Origin: Bdellovibrionales bacterium
GTDB taxonomy: Bacteria; Bdellovibrionota; Bdellovibrionia; Bdellovibrionales; UBA1609
Direction of reading: 5' to 3'
DNA: 64,000 nt
Assembly: GCA_965204055.1 (NCBI GenBank)
Contig: OZ241967.1
Coordinates: 322,144-386,143, forward strand
The notes beneath the pieces were generated by a model. The model was not told where the DNA came from. It searched no databases and saw only the letters and a program-made list of their open reading frames with translations. Made by a program: the position numbers and the translations under genes. Each line of letters starts with the position of its first letter. Positions within the stretch are counted from its first letter, which is position 1. This document shows, one piece after another, positions 9,237 through 17,805 of the stretch.

Positions 9237-9297
9237 TTTTTTTTAGGATATATTTAAGCATACTAATTGCTCTTTATATGGAGGGTAAAAAAATAAA

Positions 9298-9792
9298 ATG
9301 AAAAAAATACATATCTTTTTTTTAGCCATATTCCTAATAATAGCAGGTTTTTTTGTCTGTTGTTTTCAAAATGATGAAAAATATTTAAAAAAGAGCACAA
9401 TAAAACTGCTGAACCTTATATCCCCCTCTGCTCTTTCGCAACCGGCTTTATTCAGAAAAATACATGAAATAACAAAGTATGTGCATTTTTCTGTGGAGTA
9501 TGAAGTCAAGGTAGATCAGTACTTTTATAAAGATCGCTCTTTAGCCAATTTACGCTCCTCTTTAGCCACTTATTTCAGCAGATCTCATAAAAATTGGAAT
9601 ATTGCTATCCCCTCTGCAAAAGAGTTAAATGTTAAAATATTTCAATCTAAAGAAAATAAAACAGCAGAAGTGGCTTTTCCTATCAAAGCCTCTGAAGGAG
9701 ATAAAAAGTTATCTTGTGAATCCCTTGTCCACTGGATAAAAGAAAAAAAATGGCTTATCCAAAAAGTAAAAGTGTTCTCTTGCTCCTACTGA
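9298..9792 (+). CDS. Hypothetical exported/membrane-anchored protein
   Basis: 164-aa ORF with a hydrophobic N-terminus (IFFLAIFLIIAGFFVCC). No recognisable motif. Confidence 0.55.
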   Translation: MKKIHIFFLAIFLIIAGFFVCCFQNDEKYLKKSTIKLLNLISPSALSQPALFRKIHEITKYVHFSVEYEVKVDQYFYKDRSLANLRSSLATYFSRSHKNWNIAIPSAKELNVKIFQSKENKTAEVAFPIKASEGDKKLSCESLVHWIKEKKWLIQKVKVFSCSY

Positions 9793-9812
9793 GTTGATTC
9801 TGAATAAAGAAT

Positions 9813-9958
9813 AGTCCGTGAAAAACCATACTGCAACAAAGTAAGCAGGACTTATTTTGCCATAAAATAGGCGAAATTCTCGCTCAAGGCAGGACTGCAA
9901 AGCCAAGTACTTGGCTTTGCAGTTTAGCGAGGGCGAACAAAGTTTATCACGCTCGACT
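9813..9958. mobile_element. MITE-like element (core type A)
   Basis: Ends AGTCCGTGAAAAACC ... TTTATCACGCTCGACT. Internal perfect palindrome CTGCAAAGCCAAGTACTTGGCTTTGCAG. Flanks are GAAT/ATTC, so there is no clean target duplication. Confidence 0.7.
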
Positions 9959-10068
9959 ATTCAGAAAAATGAAACAGAACCTGACTCAAAAAATCTTCTT
10001 TTATGTTGTTTTTAGAAAAAAATACTGCTATAAATAAGTAACTTTAAAGGAGATATGATCCAGGTAAG

Positions 10069-11520
10069 GTGTTTTTAATGATAAAAATAATTCTCTATCT
10101 TTTCTTTGTTTTGCTTGTTAGCTATTGCCCGGGGATGGAAAAACTTATCCATACACAATCAGCACCTCCACATAAAGAAAATAATACGCGACAGGTAGAT
10201 TCAGAATCTATGGGCAACAGCCAAGCGCAAAGTGCTAAAACGGCTGAAGTAAAAATACCAAAACAATGGGTTGATTTTAAAAAAGAACTCAAAAGCCGAA
10301 GAAACGCACTTACCTCTCCTATAGTTCAAAGGCGACTGGAGCGAATTTATAGAGTGATGGATCAAAAAGATTCCGAAGACAAAACTTTAAAGCTGATCAA
10401 TAAACTGGAAAATGTAGTCCAAAAACGGCCTTTTGAATTAGCGCGTCTTTACAAATTAAAAGCTCAGGTTTATCTCTCTAAAGAGGACTTGAAAAAAGCC
10501 ACTTTATATTACAATAAAGCTATGGATTTAAAAGTTCTCCCCTATAAAGAACATCTGTCTGTTATATACCACATGGCTACATTAAACCTGATGAATAACA
10601 AAGTAAAAAAAGCCTCTTATCTGATAAAACAATTATTTTATCTCTCCGATACCCCTTCTCCTTCTGCCTATATATTAAAAGCCTATATTCTAATAGAGAA
10701 AAAACAAAAAAAGCAGGCATTAGATATGGTAATGAAAGCTATTCAATCCACTTCTAAGCCTAAAGAACACTGGCTGGCTATGGCGGGTAGTTTGAATATA
10801 GAAATGGAAAGATATGTGCCTGCTGTGCGTTTTCTGACAGCACTTACTGCACTTAAGCCAAACAAAAAACAATATTGGAAAGGGCTTTCCAAGGTTTACT
10901 CAAATCTTGACAAGAACGATCGCGCGCTGGCTACTTTAGACTTAGCTTATAAACTGGAGTTTTTAGAAAACGAGCAGGAGATTTTACATCTGGCTGGCCT
11001 CCTTTTACACAAAGGACTTGCTTTTAAAGCGGGTCATTTAATTGAGAAATCCATAAAACTTAAAAAAATAAACCCCACTCAAAAAAACTATGAGGGATTA
11101 GGAGATTGTTGGATAGCGGCGGAAGAAACAGACAAAGCACTAACAGCTTACCAACATGCTTCTTCTTTTGCAAAAGACGGAAAAATATTTGCTAAATTAG
11201 GAGACATTTACATGAAAAATAAGAACTGGAAAAAAGCTCAGCAAAGCTGGACAAAAGCACTTGAAAAAGGCGGGATAAAACATCCAGAACAAATTTACAT
11301 TTCTCTTGGTGCTACACAGGCTTATTTAAAAGATTACAGCAAAGCTATAAAATCTTTTGAACAAGTTATTCATACTAAGGCAAAAGGGCAAGTCATAAAA
11401 ACGGCCAGGCAGTGGATTAATTATACCCAAACCCTTTTAGATAATTTTACTCAAGACATCAGCTCGTTTTCTGCTACTGCCCGCAAAGAATCACCCTCAT
11501 TCTCTCCTTTATCACAATAA
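10069..11520 (+). CDS. TPR-repeat protein (TtpD-like terminal gene of TonB2 clusters)
   Basis: N-terminal signal/TM segment, then multiple 34-aa TPR-like units (e.g. ARLYKLKAQVYLSKEDLKKATLYYNKAMDL, LGDIYMKNKNWKKAQQSWTKALE). The start could instead be ATG 10078. Confidence 0.8.
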   Translation: MFLMIKIILYLFFVLLVSYCPGMEKLIHTQSAPPHKENNTRQVDSESMGNSQAQSAKTAEVKIPKQWVDFKKELKSRRNALTSPIVQRRLERIYRVMDQKDSEDKTLKLINKLENVVQKRPFELARLYKLKAQVYLSKEDLKKATLYYNKAMDLKVLPYKEHLSVIYHMATLNLMNNKVKKASYLIKQLFYLSDTPSPSAYILKAYILIEKKQKKQALDMVMKAIQSTSKPKEHWLAMAGSLNIEMERYVPAVRFLTALTALKPNKKQYWKGLSKVYSNLDKNDRALATLDLAYKLEFLENEQEILHLAGLLLHKGLAFKAGHLIEKSIKLKKINPTQKNYEGLGDCWIAAEETDKALTAYQHASSFAKDGKIFAKLGDIYMKNKNWKKAQQSWTKALEKGGIKHPEQIYISLGATQAYLKDYSKAIKSFEQVIHTKAKGQVIKTARQWINYTQTLLDNFTQDISSFSATARKESPSFSPLSQ

Positions 11521-11551
11521 AATGAGGTAAAAATTTAAAACTACATAAAAT

Positions 11552-11580
11552 TTGACTTATTTTGTGTGATACACTAAACT
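11552..11580 (+). promoter_or_regulatory. Sigma70-type promoter of the repeated unit (also at 12039-12067 and 12547-12575)
   Basis: TTGACT - 17 nt - TAAACT, about 38 nt upstream of each start codon, followed by a GAGGGAG RBS. Confidence 0.6.
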
Positions 11581-11617
11581 GGTAGCAGAATAATCCTTTT
11601 TAAGAGGGAGAAAATTA

Positions 11618-11938
11618 ATGAAATGGATTAAGGACAGTGCAGGTTTGTTTGGCTTAGGTATTTTGCTGAGCGGGGTTTTTCTGTATGGATTAAGCACACA
11701 ACAAAAGATTATGGATGTAAGATTTGAGGCTGTTGATAAAGACATTCAGGAATTAAAGACAGATATTCAGGAATTAAAGACAGATATAGGCCGTTTAGAA
11801 GTTCAGTTAAATCAATTCATTATTTCTCTTGTAGGCAAGAAGAAGGCGATCATCTTAAAAAAGCAAGCGGAGGATTTGCTTGCAAAAAGCTCTCTTCCCT
11901 CCCGCTCTTCAGATAAAACACAGGTTCAGACAAAGTAA
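11618..11938 (+). CDS. Small single-pass membrane coiled-coil protein, copy 1 (106 aa)
   Basis: TM helix GLFGLGILLSGVFLYGL, then a heptad-repeat tail RFEAVDKDIQELKTDIQELKTDIGRLEVQLNQ. RBS GAGGGAG. Confidence 0.7.
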   Translation: MKWIKDSAGLFGLGILLSGVFLYGLSTQQKIMDVRFEAVDKDIQELKTDIQELKTDIGRLEVQLNQFIISLVGKKKAIILKKQAEDLLAKSSLPSRSSDKTQVQTK

Positions 11939-12104
11939 AAATGAATGTATGAAAAATGGTCTCTGCATAAACACAATAAAGAAATGGTCTCTGCATGAAC
12001 ACAATAAAATGAGGTAAAAATTTAAAACTGCATAAAATTTGACTTATTTTGTGTGATACACTAAACTGGTAGAAGAATAATCCTTTTTAAGAGGGAGAAA
12101 ATTA

Positions 12105-12446
12105 ATGAAATGGATTAAGGACAGTGCAGGTTTGTTTGGCTTAGGTATTTTGCTGAGTGGGGTTTTTCTGTATGGATTAAGCACACAACAAAAGATTATG
12201 GATGTAAGATTTGAGGCTGTTTCAGATCGGTTTGAGGTTGTTGATAAAGACATTCAGGAATTAAAGACAGATATTCAGGAATTAAAGACAGATATAGGCC
12301 GGTTAGAAGTTCAGTTAAATCAATTCATTATTTCTCTTGTAGGCAAGAAGAAGGCGATCATCTTAAAAAAGCAAGCGGAGGATTTGCTTGCAAAAAGCTC
12401 TCTTCCCTCCCGCTCTTCAGATAAAACACAGGTTCAGACAAAGTAA
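12105..12446 (+). CDS. Small single-pass membrane coiled-coil protein, copy 2 (113 aa)
   Basis: Same as copy 1 plus one extra SDRFE(A/V)V heptad. Confidence 0.7.
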   Translation: MKWIKDSAGLFGLGILLSGVFLYGLSTQQKIMDVRFEAVSDRFEVVDKDIQELKTDIQELKTDIGRLEVQLNQFIISLVGKKKAIILKKQAEDLLAKSSLPSRSSDKTQVQTK

Positions 12447-12612
12447 AAATGAATGTATGAAAAATGGTCTCTGCATAAACACAATAAAGAAATGGTCTCT
12501 GCATGAACACAATAAAATGAGGTAAAAATTTAAAACTGCATAAAATTTGACTTATTTTGTGTGATACACTAAACTGGTAGAAGAATAATCCTTTTTAAGA
12601 GGGAGAAAATTA

Positions 12613-12975
12613 ATGAAATGGATTAAGGACAGTGCAGGTTTGTTTGGCTTAGGTATTTTGCTGAGCGGGGTTTTTCTGTATGGATTAAGCACACAACAAA
12701 AGATTATGGATGTGAGGTTTGAGGCTGTTTCAGATCGGTTTGAGGCTGTTTCAGATCGGTTTGAGGTTGTTGATAAAGACATTCAGGAATTAAAGACAGA
12801 TATTCAGGAATTGAAGACAGATATAAGCCGTTTAGAAGTTCAATTAAATCAATTTATTATTTCTCTTGTAGGCAAGAAGAAGGCGATCATCCTAAAAAAG
12901 CAAGCGGAGGATTTGCTTGCAAAAAGCTCTCTTCCCTCCCGCTCTTCAGATAAAACACAGGTTCAGACAAAGTAA
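12613..12975 (+). CDS. Small single-pass membrane coiled-coil protein, copy 3 (120 aa)
   Basis: Same as copy 1 plus two extra SDRFEAV heptads. Confidence 0.7.
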   Translation: MKWIKDSAGLFGLGILLSGVFLYGLSTQQKIMDVRFEAVSDRFEAVSDRFEVVDKDIQELKTDIQELKTDISRLEVQLNQFIISLVGKKKAIILKKQAEDLLAKSSLPSRSSDKTQVQTK

Positions 12976-13106
12976 AAACGAGACATATATGAGAAATATT
13001 CATACGGAAGTATTTACAAATAGGTTCAGACAAAGTAAAAACAAGACATATATGAGAAATAGTTTGTATGGAGTAATAACCAATATAAATTTAAGAAAGG
13101 AGTTTT

Positions 13107-13781
13107 ATGATGAAAAAATTACATATATATATAATGATGGCTGTGTTTTTTATGAGTTTTTACGCTCAAGCAGAGTCTTCTTCCGTATCTGAGGTAAAAC
13201 AGCAATCAAACTCGCCAAACTGGCAAAATCGAAAAACTGGATTTTTTTCTGGTGGTGTAAGAAGTGAATTTACCCCATTGGATGAATTTACATACTATGG
13301 TTCTTCTGTAAATTTAAGATACGGACATTATATATCAAAGCACAGTTTTTTTGAAGCTGGTATTGATTCAAATTATTTATCTAAACCTATCTTTTTTCAT
13401 CTTAAATATGGATATGATTTGATAGAAATAGGGCGAACGATCCCTGGAATAGATATTTCTTTATTAGTAGGAGTAGAAAAAAGAAAAAATTTGGGATATC
13501 CTTCTTACCCTTATAAATATAAAAACATGAGTGAAGAAGAATATGTTAGAAGAGTAGAGGATTACGAAAAAAAATCAGAAGAAATAAGAACAGAAGAAAG
13601 CAAGGTGTCTTTAGCTGTTGGTTTTGCCGTGGGAATGTATGTTAAAACTTTTGTCTCTCGATCTGCCGCTTTGGTTTTAAGAGTAGGGGCCACGCACGAC
13701 ACCAGTTCAGGTTTAGAAGACTTTGATCTCTTAGATACCAGAATGTATATGGGCTTATCTGTCCGATGGTATTTATATTGA
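13107..13781 (+). CDS. Putative outer-membrane beta-barrel protein
   Basis: Signal peptide MMKKLHIYIMMAVFFMSFYAQA. Alternating hydrophobic strands. Aromatic C-terminus ...GLSVRWYLY. Confidence 0.6.
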   Translation: MMKKLHIYIMMAVFFMSFYAQAESSSVSEVKQQSNSPNWQNRKTGFFSGGVRSEFTPLDEFTYYGSSVNLRYGHYISKHSFFEAGIDSNYLSKPIFFHLKYGYDLIEIGRTIPGIDISLLVGVEKRKNLGYPSYPYKYKNMSEEEYVRRVEDYEKKSEEIRTEESKVSLAVGFAVGMYVKTFVSRSAALVLRVGATHDTSSGLEDFDLLDTRMYMGLSVRWYLY

Positions 13782-13855
13782 TATTATTAGGTAAAGATGG
13801 CAAGCTTATTTCTGTTAATGGTGAACCAGCTTGCTTGTCCATCTGATTAAGTAAA

Positions 13856-14362
13856 CTAATAAAGACTAATAATAAAAACCATTGCTCCTATTCCTATGAC
13901 CAACACCACTTTTCCTATTGTAACTGTTGGTGGAATCAGGACTAATATACCTCCTACAAGCAATGCTCCGGTAAGGTATTTTATAAGAGAGTGACAATTT
14001 TTGTCCCTAGAGTACATTCCACATGCTATATCTGTCATAAAATCTATTACTGTTGACATTATTTTTGATCCTGATTCAATAAAAGAGAGCTGGAAAACAG
14101 CATCGGTCTGTGTTATAAGAACCTGAAGAGCTTCTTGCTCTTCTAAGTTACACTCTCTTGTTCCTGAACTTTCTAAATTTATATGGCATTTTTCCTCTTC
14201 CTTATCTATAAAAGCAATGCCCTCTCTTGGGATAAGAGCTGTTGTTATTGCTTCCTGGGCAATAGTTAACGAACAAAATACTGAAAAAACAGATAATAAT
14301 AGACAAACTTTAAAAAGTCCGCGAGTTTTCTCAAAAGAAGGGGATAAAGCTTTAATGCTCAT
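13856..14362 (-). CDS. Hypothetical membrane protein
   Basis: 168-aa ORF with an N-terminal hydrophobic segment (VCLLLSVFSVFCSLTIA) and two C-terminal TM helices. Confidence 0.5.
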   Translation of the reverse strand: MSIKALSPSFEKTRGLFKVCLLLSVFSVFCSLTIAQEAITTALIPREGIAFIDKEEEKCHINLESSGTRECNLEEQEALQVLITQTDAVFQLSFIESGSKIMSTVIDFMTDIACGMYSRDKNCHSLIKYLTGALLVGGILVLIPPTVTIGKVVLVIGIGAMVFIISLY

Positions 14363-14420
14363 TTTTTTACCTCCGATGGTTACTTGTTATAATAATTGTT
14401 TTTTCTAAAAGCAACTTCTT

Positions 14421-14658
14421 TATAAGCCAGGCCATCGATCTATATACTTAACTTTTAATTCCATGAAAATATTACACTGATCCTGCACTGTTTTTTGAAT
14501 ATGCTTAATCGATATAAATCAGAAACATTAAAATCGCATAAAACTTGACATATTTTTGTGATATATTAAACTGATAGAAAGAATAATCCATGATAATGAT
14601 GGTGTGCTTTTTATGAGTTTTTACGCTCAAGCAGAATCTTTTTCTGTAGCTGAGATAA
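14421..14658. repeat. Mosaic of duplicated fragments (murB 3' end + small-gene promoter + OMP signal-peptide scrap)
   Basis: 14421-14512 resembles 15389-15480 (the murB 3' end). 14527-14590 resembles the promoter/leader at 11536-11600. 14593-14658 resembles 13131-13196 but has a premature TGA. Confidence 0.75.
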
Positions 14659-14861
14659 GGAGATTCTGTAGCTGAGATAAGGAGAAATTTATTAAGAAAG
14701 TATCCAAATTTTGGACTAAATCTTAGGAATGTGTTCCGCCAGAAACTCATAAGTATCGGAAATCACTCATTTATTACTTGTGGGTTGATTGAATTTGGGA
14801 TAATTAATAAAATTTATAAAAATCTTAAAGGTTTGGCAGGATTGTGCCGATAGGGGATAGT

Positions 14862-15272
14862 ATGAAAGCAATAATTCTTTTTTTCTTTAGTCTTTTAAGT
14901 GTGTCTTGCATGACCAATGGTCTTAATTCTCGGTCTTTGGCCAGTGTCGGATGTAATAAGGATAATTATCTGCATTATATTTATAGAGCAGGTATTTTTG
15001 CGTGTAATTTACGGAAGACGGATGTGCGCTATAGGAATTTTAAAGGAGCAGATTTACGCCAATCTATTGGACAAGGAACAGACTTCCGCTTGACAAATTT
15101 ATATGATGCGCGTTTTGAAGGGGCGGATTTACGGAATGCGGATTTTCGAGGGGCGGATTTGAGACAAGCAGATTTTAGCCATGCAAAAATGAAAGGTGCA
15201 AAAGTGAGTCCTGAACAAGCAAAGTTATTAAAAGCCCAAGGTTTAAGTGGATTTATAGTAATGGATTTATAG
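14862..15272 (+). CDS. Pentapeptide-repeat lipoprotein
   Basis: MKAIILFFFSLLSVSC lipoprotein-type signal. Tandem pentapeptides: FKGADLRQSIGQGTDFRLTNLYDARFEGADLRNADFRGADLRQADFSHAKMKGAKV. Confidence 0.8.
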   Translation: MKAIILFFFSLLSVSCMTNGLNSRSLASVGCNKDNYLHYIYRAGIFACNLRKTDVRYRNFKGADLRQSIGQGTDFRLTNLYDARFEGADLRNADFRGADLRQADFSHAKMKGAKVSPEQAKLLKAQGLSGFIVMDL

Positions 15273-15387
15273 TAAAAAAATAGATCGAATATTTTATTTT
15301 AAAAAGCCTGTTTTTGTCCAGTTTTAACCCCATCCCATTTTTTAAAACCGCATATAGTGCTCATTTTTTGACCTCCAACAACTTTTT

Positions 15388-16314
15388 TTATAAGCCAGAC
15401 CATCGGCCTATATACTTAATTTCTTGTTCTAAAAAAATGCTACATTTATCCTGCACCGTTTTTTGAATATGCTTAATCAATAGATGAATATCCATTGCGG
15501 TTGCCCCTCCCTTATTCAAAATAAAATTAGCATGCTTTTTAGAAACAACAGCTTGACCTATTTCATGCCCTTTTAATCCACATTGCTCAATAAGCGCACC
15601 TGATTTTTCTCCTGTTAAAGGATTTTTAAAAACAGAACCTGAGCTTGCAGATTGCAAAGGCTGGCTTTTTGCTCTGCTTAAAGCCATATCTTTTAAGCGC
15701 AGAGGCAGATCCAGTAAAGGCTCTATAGGCCAACTCATACCCACTTCATAAATTAAACCCGGTGCCCAACCCTGGCTTAAACGATACTCCCATTTTATGT
15801 CTTTACTGGGAATAAAAACAATTTTATCCACTCTAATAACCTTTATCCAATCTACAATGTCTTTAAATTCTCTTGGATCATTATTTTTCACCCTTGCTAT
15901 ACCAGCATTCATTACTACACCGCCCCCTACATCTCCTGGCAAACCACATAAAAATAAGGCAGGTGCTAATTGGTGTTTCAAAAAAAATTGCATAATCTTC
16001 GATTTAGAAACACCAGCTAAAGCACTAACACAAATCCGTCCCTTTTCCTCAAACACACGGCTGGTGTTAAGTTTTCGCAAACCCATAACTAAACCCTCCA
16101 CCCCTTGATCACTAATAAGAACATTTGTGCCTCCACTTAAAAAAGTAACCGGGAGGTTTTTATCTTTAGCCCATCGCAGATAGTAAAAAACTTCTTCTTG
16201 ATTTTTAGGTTCACAAAAAAAATCCGCTTTTCCTCCTACTTTCCAACTATTCAACCCGCAAAGGGGGTGATAGTGTTGCAGTTTTTGTGCATGAATGTTC
16301 ATATTGTTTTTCAC
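15388..16314 (-). CDS. murB: UDP-N-acetylenolpyruvoylglucosamine reductase
   Basis: FAD-binding motifs (GGKADFF, LSGGTNVLISD) and C-terminal SSGSVFKNP...AGALIEQCGLKG. Adjacent to murC. Confidence 0.9.
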   Translation of the reverse strand: MKNNMNIHAQKLQHYHPLCGLNSWKVGGKADFFCEPKNQEEVFYYLRWAKDKNLPVTFLSGGTNVLISDQGVEGLVMGLRKLNTSRVFEEKGRICVSALAGVSKSKIMQFFLKHQLAPALFLCGLPGDVGGGVVMNAGIARVKNNDPREFKDIVDWIKVIRVDKIVFIPSKDIKWEYRLSQGWAPGLIYEVGMSWPIEPLLDLPLRLKDMALSRAKSQPLQSASSGSVFKNPLTGEKSGALIEQCGLKGHEIGQAVVSKKHANFILNKGGATAMDIHLLIKHIQKTVQDKCSIFLEQEIKYIGRWSGL

Positions 16315-16371
16315 CTATCACTTATTCTTTTCACAAGAAACTATTTGCTTGTTTGTGCAACTCCTTACCCT

Positions 16372-17790
16372 CTATTCAGCCTTTTCTTTTTTTTGCAAAA
16401 AGCTCAATAGCTGTTCACCATATTTATATACAGAACCTGCGCCCATTGTAATAAACACATCCCCGGTTTTTAAAATTTGTGGAAACAGAGAAATAATTTT
16501 TTGCTCTGGGCAATATACACAAGAAGAATGTTTTATTTCTTTAGCTAATTTTTCAGAAGAGATACCTTTTAAAGCCTCCTCCCCCGCAGGATAAATATCG
16601 GTTAAAAACACCTGGGTTGCCTCTTTAAAGCAGGTTAAGAAAGGGGACCAACAATCTGCTGTTCTGGTAAAACGATGGGGTTGAAAAAGCACAACCAGTT
16701 TTTTATCCTTTCCAAATCGCTCACGAAAAGCAGAAAGCACGGCCTTAACCTCTGTAGGATGATGGGCATAATCATCGTAAAACTCTATGCCCTTAGCTAT
16801 TCCCTTCTTATGAAAGCGACGATCCACTCCCTTAAATTTATAAAAGCTCTGGCAACACTCCTTAAAGGAAAAACCCAAGGTCATAGCGGTTGCGCAAGCA
16901 GATAAAGTATTTAAAGCATTCATAGAACCAGGAAGAGGAGGGTGCAAAGTTCCTATTTCCTCTTCATTTACAAAAACTTTATATTTTGTGCCAGTTAGAT
17001 TTTGGTTTTGGTTTAGATGGGATGGTTTTTCCAATACAAAATGGTTATCTTTGTTAAAGCCATAAAAAATCACTTTCTGATCTATATTTGACAGTAAATC
17101 TCGTACCCCCTTTTGATCTCCGCATGCTACCACACAACCATAAAACGGAACTTTTAAAACAAAGCTTAAAAAGGCAGACTTTAGTTTTTCAAAAGAGCCG
17201 TAGTAATCTAAATGATCTCTATCAATATTGGTCACTACTGCTATTTCAGGAGATAAGCTTTTAAAACCTCCATCGCTTTCATCTGATTCTGCAATAAACC
17301 ACTCTCCTTTTCCCGGAAAAGCCGTGGATTGAAACAAATGAGATCGGCCTCCAATTACCACAGTAGGTTCTTTTTTATTATGAATAAAAATTTGTGCGAG
17401 CAGGTGAGTAGTGGTGGTCTTGCCATGTGTGCCTGCTACTACAAGCCCTCGCTTAAGCCTCATAATTTCTGCCAAAGCTTCTGATCTTTTAATAACAGGA
17501 AGTTTTAATTTTCTTCCCTCTTGAATTTCAATATTGTTTTCAGGAACTGCACTGGACTGAACTAATATCTCTGCCCCAGTCACATTTTCTTTTTTGTGAC
17601 CAATAGAAACCGCAATGCCTAAGCCCTTAAGCCTTTTAATTTGTTCATTTTCCGTCAGGTCACTTCCTGTGATAGAACTGCCAGAGTGATGTAGCAATTC
17701 GGCCAGACCACACATACCTATTCCACCAATACCCACAAAATGCACCCGGACACCTGAGGTAAAAAGTTCAGTTTGTTTCTGCATAATCAT
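16372..17790 (-). CDS. murC: UDP-N-acetylmuramate--L-alanine ligase
   Basis: VHFVGIGGIGMCGLAELL, the Mur ligase P-loop VAGTHGKTTTT, and DDYAHHPTE. Confidence 0.92.
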   Translation of the reverse strand: MIMQKQTELFTSGVRVHFVGIGGIGMCGLAELLHHSGSSITGSDLTENEQIKRLKGLGIAVSIGHKKENVTGAEILVQSSAVPENNIEIQEGRKLKLPVIKRSEALAEIMRLKRGLVVAGTHGKTTTTHLLAQIFIHNKKEPTVVIGGRSHLFQSTAFPGKGEWFIAESDESDGGFKSLSPEIAVVTNIDRDHLDYYGSFEKLKSAFLSFVLKVPFYGCVVACGDQKGVRDLLSNIDQKVIFYGFNKDNHFVLEKPSHLNQNQNLTGTKYKVFVNEEEIGTLHPPLPGSMNALNTLSACATAMTLGFSFKECCQSFYKFKGVDRRFHKKGIAKGIEFYDDYAHHPTEVKAVLSAFRERFGKDKKLVVLFQPHRFTRTADCWSPFLTCFKEATQVFLTDIYPAGEEALKGISSEKLAKEIKHSSCVYCPEQKIISLFPQILKTGDVFITMGAGSVYKYGEQLLSFLQKKEKAE

Positions 17791-17805
17791 CCCTTTATAA
17801 ATCTC

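Larger units (their letters stand above)
11513..13062 (+). repeat. Tandem triplication of a promoter+gene unit (487/508/about 529 bp) plus two degenerate 3'-end scraps
   Basis: Start codons at 11618, 12105 and 12613. The units are near-identical except for 0/1/2 extra 21-bp copies. Scraps of the gene 3' end at 12959-13000 and 13022-13062. Confidence 0.9.

Noticed and set aside
11557-12782. Three conserved minus-strand ORFs (11557-11745, 12044-12253, 12552-12782)
   Set aside because: They are conserved only because the DNA unit is triplicated. They overlap the promoter, RBS and start of the plus-strand genes, which have a TM helix, coiled-coil features and an RBS.
12917-13192. Plus-strand ORF 12917-13192 (91 aa)
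   Set aside because: It spans degenerate 3'-end scraps of the repeat unit and overlaps the well-supported signal-peptide start of the 13107 gene in another frame.
14505-14750. Minus-strand ORF 14505-14750 (81 aa)
   Set aside because: It lies across the mosaic of duplicated fragments (promoter copy and signal-peptide scrap) and is judged non-coding.
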